From Carpediemonas membranifera BICM (Eukaryota > Protista > Fornicata): DNA of 64,000 nucleotides. The stretch covers positions 1,188,421-1,252,420 of the forward strand of contig JAHDYR010000062.1 of the NCBI GenBank assembly GCA_019828565.1. Reading direction: 5' to 3'. A program made the position numbers and the translations under genes. How positions within the stretch are numbered: the first letter of the stretch is position 1; every line of letters starts with the position of its first letter. Under the pieces are notes generated by a model, which made no database searches, was not told where the DNA came from, and worked only from the letters and a program-made list of their open reading frames with translations. Below, one piece after another: positions 22,055 to 31,979 of the stretch.

Positions 22055-23326
22055 TTACTGGATGGTGATTCCGACCGCGCCCGGCTCGATGACGCCCACG
22101 TTGTAATTGAAGAAGTAGTAGTGCAGCGCCCCGTCGCCCCTGAGGAAGCCTAGACCCCGCAGGAAGGGCGGCGTGTTGTCCTGGATGTTCACGGTGTTGA
22201 AGACGTGGAAGCCCTCGGCCTTTGCCTTGTGGAGCATTGAGGCGAAGAGCTCGGAGCGGGTGAAGTTGGCGCCGGGCTTGACGAACGTGTACCAGTTGTA
22301 GGCGGCCTGCAGGAGGACCTCGCCCTCGCCGTTGGCCTTGATCACGGTCGACGGTAGCGAGTAGTAAGAGGCGCAGCCGAGGACCTCACCCTCCCGCTCA
22401 ACCACGAAGGCGGAGACCACGCCGGGCCTGCTGAGGAACCAGTGCTGGACCTCGTCCTCGCGGTAGACGGGGTGGACGTTAAACTGCGCCAGGTAATCGT
22501 TGAGAAGCTTCGTCACAGCGGGCACGTCGTCCAGACGGATGGGCCTGAGGTCATCAAGCGGGGCGGGTGCGAGTGCCTGGCGGTCGATGATGCGCTGCCG
22601 GACGTCTGGGTCGTTGGGAACGGACAGGAAGTCGATGTCGATGAGGAATGCAGGGTCGAGGGCGCGGTGGTAGTACGTCGTCTCGGCAAAGGGCGTGGGG
22701 AGGCGGACACCGGCCGTGTAGAAGCCCTGGAAGATGCCGATGAGGTTGGAGCGGCGTGTGATCTCCTTGATGAGGAGGGGCGCCATACCGGTGGCCCGCA
22801 GCGTGTGGTGGACGCACAGGAAGTTGATCTCGGAGCTGACGAACTCAGCGTCGTCCTGATTGACGTGGCAGGTGGTGGGGATGGCGCTAATAAAGCCCAT
22901 GAGCTCGTCACCCTTGTAGATGCACACGTGGAAGTCCTTGCGCCAGCCTGGGGGCGTCAGGGCGTAGCGGAGGAAGGGGATTGAGTAGTTGAACCGGAAC
23001 ATGGCGTCCTTGTCCTCGACGTAGTGGTCCCGGAGAAGGGTGTACAGCTTCTTGCACTCGTCGTCGTCGGCGAGGTCAAGATCTGCCCAACGCATGCCTT
23101 CGGGGAGGTTGTAAGGTTCCTGACGAATCTTCTTCGTCTTAGCGTCTTCAAGGCTTCCCTTTTGCAGCTTCTTGGCATCATCAACCGTCTGAGCGACGGG
23201 CTGCTCGTTCCAGAACTTGTGCTGCTTGGTATCAGCCTTCTCAGCTTCAGGTTCCATAAGGGAGTCAAGTGCTTCGCGAACGCTCTTCTCTTCGGGCATA
23301 TCTGGGTCAGGCAGATTTTGTGCCAT
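22055..23326 (-). CDS. NMT: Glycylpeptide N-myristoyltransferase
   Basis: HKFWNEQPV, HYVEDKDAMFRFNYS, EINFLCVH, APLLIKEITRR, GDGALHYYFFNY. Confidence 0.97.
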   Translation of the reverse strand: MAQNLPDPDMPEEKSVREALDSLMEPEAEKADTKQHKFWNEQPVAQTVDDAKKLQKGSLEDAKTKKIRQEPYNLPEGMRWADLDLADDDECKKLYTLLRDHYVEDKDAMFRFNYSIPFLRYALTPPGWRKDFHVCIYKGDELMGFISAIPTTCHVNQDDAEFVSSEINFLCVHHTLRATGMAPLLIKEITRRSNLIGIFQGFYTAGVRLPTPFAETTYYHRALDPAFLIDIDFLSVPNDPDVRQRIIDRQALAPAPLDDLRPIRLDDVPAVTKLLNDYLAQFNVHPVYREDEVQHWFLSRPGVVSAFVVEREGEVLGCASYYSLPSTVIKANGEGEVLLQAAYNWYTFVKPGANFTRSELFASMLHKAKAEGFHVFNTVNIQDNTPPFLRGLGFLRGDGALHYYFFNYNVGVIEPGAVGITIQ

Positions 23327-23540
23327 AAAATGCGGTGGCACACCTGGTAATGCATTCGTCGGTCAGCAAGGTCTACAAGGCTCTAGTGACCATTAGAACG
23401 TGTCTGGGCGTTTCTCCAAACTTTTTTGGAATCTTTACTGTCGGCCGAGAAGACAAATCTCGGCTCTTGCCTGCAGGTTTAACATAATCGAGAGATCCAG
23501 AGATATGTTCCAGGGAGCATCTAAACTTCATCTAGCCCCC

Positions 23541-25655
23541 TCAGAGCGCGCTCTCCTCCCACTCGTCGCTCTCACTGAGGAACAGCGAGTCGTCGGACAC
23601 CGGCGTCAATGGCGACAGTGGCGACTTCGACGGGCTTGGCGCATGTCTGTTCGGTGGTTGTGTACCTGGTACAGAGGACGCCGTGAGCGGGGCGGGCGGC
23701 AGGCGGGCGGGTGGATCGGCGCCCTTGGTATTCTCCCCCCAGCCCTTTGCGGTCGTCCGCGTCATCGCCTGGGCGTCTGGCGGCTGGTATGAAGTCGCCA
23801 CGAGGGGCATTGGTACGGACGCCTCGAGGGTTGCGGCCAGTGGCGACTCAGTGGCACTCTCGCCATGCTTGGCTGGCTCGGGTGTCGACTCCTCGGACTC
23901 GGCCGTCGATGCGGCCAGAGCCGCTGTCTCGGGCTCAGTGACCCCCTTCTCGGGCAGGGTCAGCTTCACGGTCTTCTTGCTGGCCGGCTGGGTCGACGGC
24001 ATGCTCAGCTTGGTGCCGATAACAAGGGGCTTAATGCTGGTCAGCGGCTTCAGCACCGGTGCGTCCACTGGCAGGGGGAGGTGATGGCCGAAGAGGGGCC
24101 GGCCGACCTTGAGCTTGAGAGTCTGAGCGCGCTGCTTCCTGGCAACCTCCGCCTCGTTGTCGGAGAGATCCGAGGACAGCTCCGCGTCGGACTCCTCTGC
24201 AGGGGGCTCAGGCTTCGACTCAGCCTTCGACTCGAGTTTAACCTCGGCCTCGGGCGCAGGCTCTTCGGGCGAGGGCTTAGCGGGGTCGACCTCGGGGACA
24301 GGCCTGGTTGCAATTGCGGCCATATCCTCGAGCTCAGCCATCGTCTCAGCCCTTTCAGACTCCTTCGCCTCTTCTTTTGCCTCAGCCTCGTCCGACTCGA
24401 CCAACGTGGACTCCGGCGTGAGAACTGGCGCCTCTGGTGTCATCGCCTCATCCCGTGACTCCACCGTTTGAGTCAGCCCCGAACGATCTGACACCGCCAC
24501 TGTCTCGACCGGCTCTTCCACAACGATTGTCTTCGCCAACCCGTGTGCCGGCCTCGACTCTGGTCTCGTCCCGGGAACCCTCGACTCCGGCATCCCGACC
24601 TTGAGCGACTGTGCCATCATTGTCGACGCCATGTCCTCGGTGGCCGACTCAGGCGACTGTACGGAGTCAGTGTATTCCAAGTCGTCGTCGAACGTGTCCA
24701 GAGTCTGGGCCCCTGCCCTGCTCGTCTCGTCGCTCACCATCGATTCAGTCTCTGATATAGCATCTGTATCTGGCGACGTGGGCATTCTTACCGACTTCGC
24801 GACAGTCCTGGCTGGCCCCGAGACGTACTGGCTCTCCACCAGCGGTCTCTCGGCCAGAAGCTTCCCCAGGTCGCCCTTCAGATTCTCTCTCTGCGGCAAT
24901 TCCCGGTGGCTTCCCGCCATCTCCAGCAACTGACTCAGCCCAAGAGTGCCGGTCGGCCCGAACTGCACCCCGAACTCGACTGCAGGCCCGCGGTTCATGT
25001 CGTGGCGGTACTGTCGGGCAAAGTGGGCATGGGCCGACCTGGACTCGTCAGTGTCATGTGGGTACTGGCTTGCATACTTGGGGTCGGAGTGTCGGTCGCA
25101 GTGCTCGAGCATGAACTTGATGGTTTCAAAGCGCTTCGAGCAGACGCCGCAGGGGTATGCGGCAGACTCCATTGCATGCAGCTGGGCCTCAAGGTCATTG
25201 AGTCGCCTCCGCTGTGCCTTGACCTTGCGCCTCAGTGTCGTATTCTCATCCTTGAGCTTCTCCCGGGCCCGATCAGACGCACCGAGCTTGTGTGTAGCTT
25301 CCGCAAGCTCTGCTGCCTGGTTCTGTGCGAGCGGGGCGAGGTACTGGACGACGCACTGGGCGGTGCGGTAGAAGAGTCGCAGGTTGGCGTAGTGGTCGTC
25401 GAGGGAGCCGTAGATGCTCTGCTCGGGGTCCCCGTAGGCTATGTCATTGATCACGTTGCTAAATGCTGGCGTATCCTCGGCAAACATCGCTCCAGCATTG
25501 AATATGGCCTCGACGTTGAAGCTTGCGAGGTTCTCCCACATGACTGCTTCATTGGGAGCATCGAATAGGACTTGCGAGCTCACAGCCTCCTTTGTTGCAT
25601 CGAATAAGGCATCTGTATCGTCCTGTGAGCTGTGTCTGCGCCGATTCCTACTCAT
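23541..25655 (-). CDS. DZIP1/Iguana-like ciliary protein (N-domain, coiled coil, C2H2 finger, low-complexity tail)
   Basis: WENLASFNVEAI..NDIAYGD..LFYRTAQCVVQYL, then a coiled coil and YPCGVCSKRF..EHCDRH. Confidence 0.6.
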   Translation of the reverse strand: MSRNRRRHSSQDDTDALFDATKEAVSSQVLFDAPNEAVMWENLASFNVEAIFNAGAMFAEDTPAFSNVINDIAYGDPEQSIYGSLDDHYANLRLFYRTAQCVVQYLAPLAQNQAAELAEATHKLGASDRAREKLKDENTTLRRKVKAQRRRLNDLEAQLHAMESAAYPCGVCSKRFETIKFMLEHCDRHSDPKYASQYPHDTDESRSAHAHFARQYRHDMNRGPAVEFGVQFGPTGTLGLSQLLEMAGSHRELPQRENLKGDLGKLLAERPLVESQYVSGPARTVAKSVRMPTSPDTDAISETESMVSDETSRAGAQTLDTFDDDLEYTDSVQSPESATEDMASTMMAQSLKVGMPESRVPGTRPESRPAHGLAKTIVVEEPVETVAVSDRSGLTQTVESRDEAMTPEAPVLTPESTLVESDEAEAKEEAKESERAETMAELEDMAAIATRPVPEVDPAKPSPEEPAPEAEVKLESKAESKPEPPAEESDAELSSDLSDNEAEVARKQRAQTLKLKVGRPLFGHHLPLPVDAPVLKPLTSIKPLVIGTKLSMPSTQPASKKTVKLTLPEKGVTEPETAALAASTAESEESTPEPAKHGESATESPLAATLEASVPMPLVATSYQPPDAQAMTRTTAKGWGENTKGADPPARLPPAPLTASSVPGTQPPNRHAPSPSKSPLSPLTPVSDDSLFLSESDEWEESAL

Positions 25656-25746
25656 CGCGATCGTTCGCAAAATCGTCAGAATTCTCGGAAACTCGTGACC
25701 GCCATTTCACGCTGGTCGCACAGCCTACGCAAAGGATTTATGGTAC

Positions 25747-26500
25747 TTACTCCTTCTTCTTGTCGCCAGAGGACTTAGCCTCACCATTGGCCTCGCCGGC
25801 GGCCTCAGCGGTGGGCTCAGCCTGCATCTTGGCGGCCTGGGGCTGCTTCTTGAAGCGCATCATGATGAAGGACATCGCAGACATCATGATGGCGGGGAGC
25901 ATGCGCTGGAGCATGGACTGGGGGGGACGAGTGGGGGCCTTGTTGAGGGCAGAGACGGCGGTCATCTCGCCGTCCTTGAGGAGGATGAGCTCGGCAGCGT
26001 TGGCACCGACAGCGACAACAATGGCGTCGTCATAGCCGGGGATCTCGATGTTAGCCTTGAAGAGGCCCGACTTGGCCTGCTCGAAGGAGAAGGTGGTGAA
26101 CTCCTCGAAGTCCTCGTCGGCGGGGGCCTCCTCGGTGTACTCAGCGACGGACATGACGCAGTTGAGGTCCTCCTCGACAGCGATCTTGATGTACTTCTGG
26201 TTAGAGATCTCGCCAGTCTCGTTGAGGAAGATCTGGCCAGAGAGGGTGCCGTTGACGCCAGTCAGAGCGAGGGTGTAGTACTCCTCAGCCTCAGCGTCGA
26301 CAGGGATGAGCCACTCACCCTTAAAGAAATCAAAAGCCTTGAACTTCTGGCCCTTGCCACCAGGGGGCATGCAGAAAACAGAGGCCACGAGGCATGCAAC
26401 CAAAATAAAACGGACAAAGGAGGTACTGTGTCAGGAATAGGGGGAAGCGCCAATGGAAAACATAAATTGGCGAGCAGTAGAATACAAACGCGGAGGACAT
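25747..26500 (-). CDS. Signal-peptide protein with a C-terminal hydrophobic segment; 64-nt intron 26426-26489
   Basis: Splicing yields signal peptide MSSATSFVRFILVACLVASVFC in frame; strong codon bias. Confidence 0.75.
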
Positions 26501-26551
26501 GCTCACAATGCTTCTCGATCAATCTCTCGGCTAAACTGCGAATGACTCTCG

Positions 26552-26618
26552 TGAAGTCTGCTATAGACGATTGAGAGTCCTACTTTACTGCTTGCACTGT
26601 GCACTCTATGATACTTCA
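26552..26618 (-). mobile_element. 67-bp TG...CA element (solo-LTR/MITE-like) with 5-bp TSD TCTCG
   Basis: Exact reverse complement of 40140-40206; ends TGAAGT/ACTTCA; TCTCG at 26547-26551 and 26619-26623. Confidence 0.85.
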
Positions 26619-26849
26619 TCTCGACCAAGAGCTGTGGCGGAACACGCTCATCACAGCCCTCGTCCCTACGACGGACAGGGCGTATCGACCTCGGCAACAC
26701 CAGATAATGACACCGACATCGGACACCAAGTCGCATGGTTAAGTTGCAGAGGAACAGGCGATGGGTTCTAGGATCAGGGCATAGAAACACCCAAATCTGC
26801 ATCAAGACATCCCTCTGCCGATGTCTCGAAACGGACAGTAAAGTGGCAT

Positions 26850-27356
26850 TTACGCGAGGAGCGACTGGTGGAACTGGGTGGCGACCACACGAGCGCGAGA
26901 GTTGACATCGAGCTTCATTTCCGAGATCTCCTTGTCGATTTCCTCGAGGAACTGGACGACGAAGTTGACAACCTTGGCCCGGGCCTTGGCCTCGACGTGC
27001 TTGTTCTCGATCAAAAGAGAGATGGAGTACCCCTCAACGGGCACACGGCGGAGGATGCCGAACATCTCAGCACGCTTCATGAGCCAGGAGCAGAACTTGT
27101 CGACGAGGATGCGGTCTATTTCATCAAGGAACTTCAGCTTGATGCTGATGCGCACAGAGTTCACAGATGGCTCAATAAAGACCTTCTCGTGAATAGTGCG
27201 GCAGATAGTGACGGGATTGAGGATCAGCTCGGGGTTCATCCTGGTCTCCACCTCTGGCTTGTTGTGACGCTCCACAATCTGGCTGGGGAAGTTTTCAATG
27301 CAGAGAGCTGCGTCCAGTGTCTCCCTAACTGTCTGGATAAAGGCTTGCTTGTTCAT
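26850..27356 (-). CDS. ARPC4: Arp2/3 complex subunit 4 (p20)
   Basis: [70 protein letters not shown]. Confidence 0.96.
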   Translation of the reverse strand: MNKQAFIQTVRETLDAALCIENFPSQIVERHNKPEVETRMNPELILNPVTICRTIHEKVFIEPSVNSVRISIKLKFLDEIDRILVDKFCSWLMKRAEMFGILRRVPVEGYSISLLIENKHVEAKARAKVVNFVVQFLEEIDKEISEMKLDVNSRARVVATQFHQSLLA

Positions 27357-28082
27357 CGCTGCTTCTGCCGCCCAATAGCCGTTGGTTGTGTTGTACGAAT
27401 TTAAGGATGCCAAGAATTTTGGGCTTCGTTGTCTTCGAATGCAGCTGACAGTTCTCGAGCATGTCGCCTTCGAGCGCCGGAACACCAGGCCGTCATCTTC
27501 TGTATCCTGTATTTGTTTTCATGACCGAGAAGAAGGTGTAACACAGGCATGCGGGTTTAATGACAAGTCCAGTGCAGGGTTGTCAAGGATATGATATCAT
27601 GCTCATAGACGGGCAAGGGCCAGCTCTCGTTCATCCCTCAACTGCAGCTTCGTCGGCCTCGGCAGCCTTTCGTGCCAGCATTTTCTCGTTGTCAGTGCAC
27701 TCAGCATCCCTTTGGATTAATCTTTGCAATGCATCGCCAAGTGGTATCATTTCCTCTTCGGGAATGTCCGTTACTTCTCTCCCCGTGGCCACTAACCGGT
27801 CAATCGTATAGTTCAAGCTGCAGCGCAACTGGTTGATATCATCGGAGCCAGTAGCCTCTAGTAGCAGTAGTTTTAGGTTCTTTAGCGCTTCTTCTGCAGA
27901 CATCAAGACGGCTTACGGTCTATTTGCGTGATAACGCTGATGGCGCAAAATTCTCTTCTAAAGCTGCGACTCCAGACGCCATCGCCCAGAGGACAGCAGC
28001 CGACCTGCTGCCACGCTATGGTCCAGTTCCAATGCTTTCTTGTCCTTTTACGAGATGATGCCCAATATCGAGAGAGTGATAA

Positions 28083-28790
28083 TCAGAAGGGATGCCCCGG
28101 GCCGGAGCAGCCCCCCTTTTGCTTCAGCCGGTGAATAAAGTTCTGGCACTGGCGAAGGGAAGGAAGGTCGGCCCCGGGCATCATTTCTGCTAGATCTTTG
28201 AGGACCCGCGATGGCTTCTTCCCCTCGCCAATGGCTAGCTCGCAGATGGCGACCTTAATGTTTGCTGGGATCCCCCTGCGGGCCGGCTTCGGTGCGATCT
28301 GGGGGTGAGTGCCTGCTGTGTCCTTGTGTACAATGTGGCGGAGGTCGCAGTAGATGTAGCGGCACTCGAGCGTGCAGTCGGGCTCGTTGCACTGGCACTT
28401 ATAGCGCAGGCACATGATCGGGTGCCCGTCTGCACACATAGTACACGATACACGGTCGGACGCTTTCGCCAGCCATGTGGTGAGGCCCGAGTCCTTGTGC
28501 TGGCGGATGGCGAAGCGAACATCATCTTCTGCCCAGCTCTCTATGTTCAATTGGCTAGTAATATCAGTTGAAACCCACGGTTTGCCCGATATAGTGGGTT
28601 CTATGTCCAAGTCATCGTTTGAGCCGGGCAGCTGGTCGTTGCCGATGGGCTTGGTTATTGGTTTAGACCATCTCCGCCCGTCGACGATCAGCTTTCGACT
28701 TAGCTTCGCTTTGCGCATCTGTTTCGCCTTAAATGCAATAAGTTTCGCGTCATCGGCCTTCAGGGGCTCTGAATTGATGTTGAGCCCCAT
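28083..28790 (-). pseudogene. Putative MULE-transposase-like DNA-binding fragment (Zn finger plus helical domain), no catalytic core seen
   Basis: RYKCQCNEPDC...GTHP followed by RRGIPANIK..GKKPSRVLKDL..LPSLRQCQNFIHRLK; upstream frame broken by TGA at 28845-28847 and 28944-28946. Confidence 0.4.
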
Positions 28791-29165
28791 ACGGTGGTTG
28801 TTTCTTCGACTGAGTCCCGCCGAGTCTGTCTCAATATCTGGATGTCATCTAGCAGATCTTCTCAGCCTGGATGGATTGCCTGAGTCCAGCTTACTGCCAC
28901 TGCTGTCTCCCGGCGTGTGGTGTCGACTTGCACTCGACTCAAGTCAAGTCATGGACGATGAATGGATGGTATTCACGGTGGTTAGACGGGGTGCCGGCAC
29001 CATGTGATGTGATCTCGGCGGACAATGCAATCCACAGCCTCGGGTTGGGTAAAACTCGCTTCTTTTGCCGGAACTCAAAATCGTCTCATTCACAAGATTG
29101 AGCCAAATCGCTCGATAACACTCACTTTAATCAATCAAAAAGCAATCAACACCAGGGCACTCCCC

Positions 29166-29885
29166 TCACTCATCCCGCGTCATCCGCAGCCCATCCCGCC
29201 TCAGGGCACCGATCCATGCTCCACGGACAAGGCCGCAGGGCTCCTCGCATAGGTCTGCCTTGTTCAGAAGAATGTGCCGCTTGGCAGTGGGGACCTGTCG
29301 GGCTGCCTCCTCGTCCAACGCACGCACAACTCGCTCGAACGCTGGACGACTTAGGGTCGGCCCGCCGGCGATGGCGCGGACAAGCTCTGGTCTAAACACG
29401 GTGCTGTCCGATATCTCTGCCCCCAGTGCATCCAGCCCGGCTACTGTGACGATGTCAGTGGCGTGCTGGGCGATGACGGGCTCGGCCGGGCCGAACGCCT
29501 TGAGGGGAAGCATGCGGGCCCCGTCGGACTCGACCATGACGCAGTCCGCGATTCCGGCAGTGATCAAGGCGTGCGGGAGGGCGGGGTCGACGCCGACTAG
29601 CCGCTGGCCTCCGTTCATGTAAGAAGTGGCGAGGACGATGATTGAACCTGGCTCGATGGTGTGCTGGGACAAAAGTTCATCTGGGGAAGATGCGAAGATC
29701 GCTGGGATAGAACGGCCGTTGTTGAGGCGTGAATCACGATCAGGAGGCTGGATCTTCGTCGTTGTAGTGACGACGACGCGTAGCCCTTGTTGAGCGGCGT
29801 ATTCGGCGAGAAGATATGTCAAATGGGTCTTTCCTCCGCCTCCAACAGTGCATACAATCGTCCCTTTCCCGATATCAACGATCAT
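29166..29885 (-). CDS. yqeC: YqeC-like selenium-dependent hydroxylase accessory protein
   Basis: IVCTVGGGGKT, VVVTTTTKI, VMVESDGARMLPLKA...EPVI, VAGLDALG, VFRPE, ILLNKAD in the YqeC order and spacing; intronless. Confidence 0.85.
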   Translation of the reverse strand: MIVDIGKGTIVCTVGGGGKTHLTYLLAEYAAQQGLRVVVTTTTKIQPPDRDSRLNNGRSIPAIFASSPDELLSQHTIEPGSIIVLATSYMNGGQRLVGVDPALPHALITAGIADCVMVESDGARMLPLKAFGPAEPVIAQHATDIVTVAGLDALGAEISDSTVFRPELVRAIAGGPTLSRPAFERVVRALDEEAARQVPTAKRHILLNKADLCEEPCGLVRGAWIGALRRDGLRMTRDE

Positions 29886-30441
29886 TCGTTCACCCTTGCC
29901 TCTCTCGTGGCCCAACTCGCTTCGACCCACAGCCTGCCACGGGGCACAGTCTGACGCCATGGCAGCGTCGATCAATGCTCGTGCACTGACGGGCGCGATG
30001 TCCAACCTTACCCGCCGTCAGCAGCCTACTGCGTCGCCACCCAAGACCCCAAGGCACTGGGGCAGCCGCGTGCTGGCGCGATGGGCCACACTCTGCTCTG
30101 CTATCCTTGCGGTGACCTCGAGGCCACCGGGTACGTCCACAGTCAGTGTCCCCAGATAAACGTCAATTATGTGCCCCGATGGATGACAACAACGCTCGTG
30201 TCGGAGCAACAGTGTTGCTGAGCGTCACCGACAGGAAGGGGTGGTCATAATGTGTGAGCCACCCCAAAGGCATTGGAGCCACATCAGCCGAGCACAGCAC
30301 TTCCCAACCCCCCTGTTTCGATCCGCATGCCTCTAGGGTTGCACCTCTTACCATCCTTGTAGAAGCCCAGCCTCCCACGGTTGTACAGTTTATTCGACAT
30401 GTAAATGAACATCGGTAAAGATATTCAAGAACACACTCCCC

Positions 30442-31884
30442 TCAGCGACCCCGGACCTTCCGGATCATCCCAGAGACGTCCCCGAAGCTGGCCTCTGTCA
30501 CCACGAGCACGGCGTCCTGGACCCGATCCTCCCCCGTCGCAAACACCAGGTAGCCCTGCGACTCTGCCCACTTTCTGAGCCGGCCGAACTCCTCTGTCGA
30601 CACGAAGCCCCTGATGGCCCTTACGGAGGGGCTGAGCACCTTCACGCGGTGCCGCTCCTGCTCCCACAGACAGATCTGGTCCTTCACGGTGTCCGGGATC
30701 CACTTTAGACGGTCGCCCTGCTCTGCCGACTCTGAGGCGACGGCCTTGCCCTGCTCCTTGGCGTCCTCGAGGAGGCGGGCGAAGATGGCGGGGTGGACGT
30801 GCGCCTCGAGGTAGCGGATGATGTCACTGGCCGACAGACCGTGGTGGAAGGCGTCTCTTATGGAATGGGGTGTGATCTGGGACACCACGAGCCCGTCGAG
30901 CTCGTAAGCCAGCTCCGCGAACAGCTGGATGATCCCTATATGAAGTGGATCGTCTGTGTAGGCGTAGACCTTGAAGTTCGACTCGACCACGATGAATCCC
31001 GCCTTGACAGTGTCATACGTCGCCGTGATGGAGGAAAGCATGGCGCTCAGAGTGGTCGGGACGACGATCAGCTCGCCCGCAAAGGACTTGTCGGCGCCGT
31101 CGGGGGTCTTCTTGCCCGTGAGAGTGGGGGAGTAAACGATCCCCGCCTGGTGAAGGATGGCGATGAGTGACCGTATCGGATCGGATGCATCTGACACTAT
31201 GTACGGCGTCCCGGGGACAAGGGGGGCCAGCTGGAACAGCAGCGTCATGAAGCGGAGCACGAGACTGCTACCAGCATCCGTGGAGAAGGACTGGACGTAT
31301 CCCAGGCAGAAGAGCCACACCTGCGAGCGGGTACTCGAGAGGAGGAAGCGGCGACTGTCGCTCGTGGGACCGAGGAGGCCGTTCGCTCGCTTCAGTAGCC
31401 CGCACTTGAGTAGGGCGTCGAGGGTGGGGCTGCGCTGGGTGACGGTGTTGTTGGCCTGCAGCACGAGCTCCATGACCCGCTTCCACGAGGCAGTCGCATG
31501 GGCCTCTGCCTCGGCGGAGAGGGCCTGGCCCGGCAGAATGGTGAATAACGCGTCCTTCGATATTGTTGAGCCGCTTGTGACGGCGACTATGGCGTTGATA
31601 AAGGTCTCTTTGAACTCGGGGTTGATCTCATAGTTGAAGTCAGAGAGCTTGAGAACCTTCAGGCGGCATAGGAGGTCAAGATGCTCTCCAATAAGCTGCT
31701 TATACTCTGCTTTTGACCAGCTCTCGATCTCCGACCGTGGTGTGGCATAAGGCATCACTGAAAGACGAGTAACAATCGTTTGTGCTAATGGCGGCATATA
31801 CCGAAAGATAGAGTAAACGCACGACGTATTTTTGTACAATATTGCCACATTGTCGTCCTGGCGGAGCAGGAAGTCCCACAGCAT
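30442..31884 (-). CDS. TFB2: TFIIH subunit Tfb2/p52
   Basis: SIFRYMPPLAQ, FLLSSTRSQVW, GFIVVESNFKVYAYT, GLSASDIIRYLEAHVHP, IPDTVKDQICLWEQER.R. Confidence 0.93.
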   Translation of the reverse strand: MLWDFLLRQDDNVAILYKNTSCVYSIFRYMPPLAQTIVTRLSVMPYATPRSEIESWSKAEYKQLIGEHLDLLCRLKVLKLSDFNYEINPEFKETFINAIVAVTSGSTISKDALFTILPGQALSAEAEAHATASWKRVMELVLQANNTVTQRSPTLDALLKCGLLKRANGLLGPTSDSRRFLLSSTRSQVWLFCLGYVQSFSTDAGSSLVLRFMTLLFQLAPLVPGTPYIVSDASDPIRSLIAILHQAGIVYSPTLTGKKTPDGADKSFAGELIVVPTTLSAMLSSITATYDTVKAGFIVVESNFKVYAYTDDPLHIGIIQLFAELAYELDGLVVSQITPHSIRDAFHHGLSASDIIRYLEAHVHPAIFARLLEDAKEQGKAVASESAEQGDRLKWIPDTVKDQICLWEQERHRVKVLSPSVRAIRGFVSTEEFGRLRKWAESQGYLVFATGEDRVQDAVLVVTEASFGDVSGMIRKVRGR

Positions 31885-31979
31885 CGTGTCTGCGCAGGTT
31901 AAGGCGTAAACCGCTGCCGACCGCCCAGCACTGGATCAGGTCCTTCGTGGCCAAGGACGCCATCGTCGGCCTCGTCGCC

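Noticed and set aside
28790-29003. In-frame TGAs next to yqeC as selenocysteine codons
   Set aside because: Ser-rich low-complexity context, no redox motif and no SECIS seen; decay or non-coding sequence is simpler
29886-30400. Possible yqeB or operon partner upstream of yqeC
   Set aside because: Only short interrupted frames, with no YqeB-like motifs
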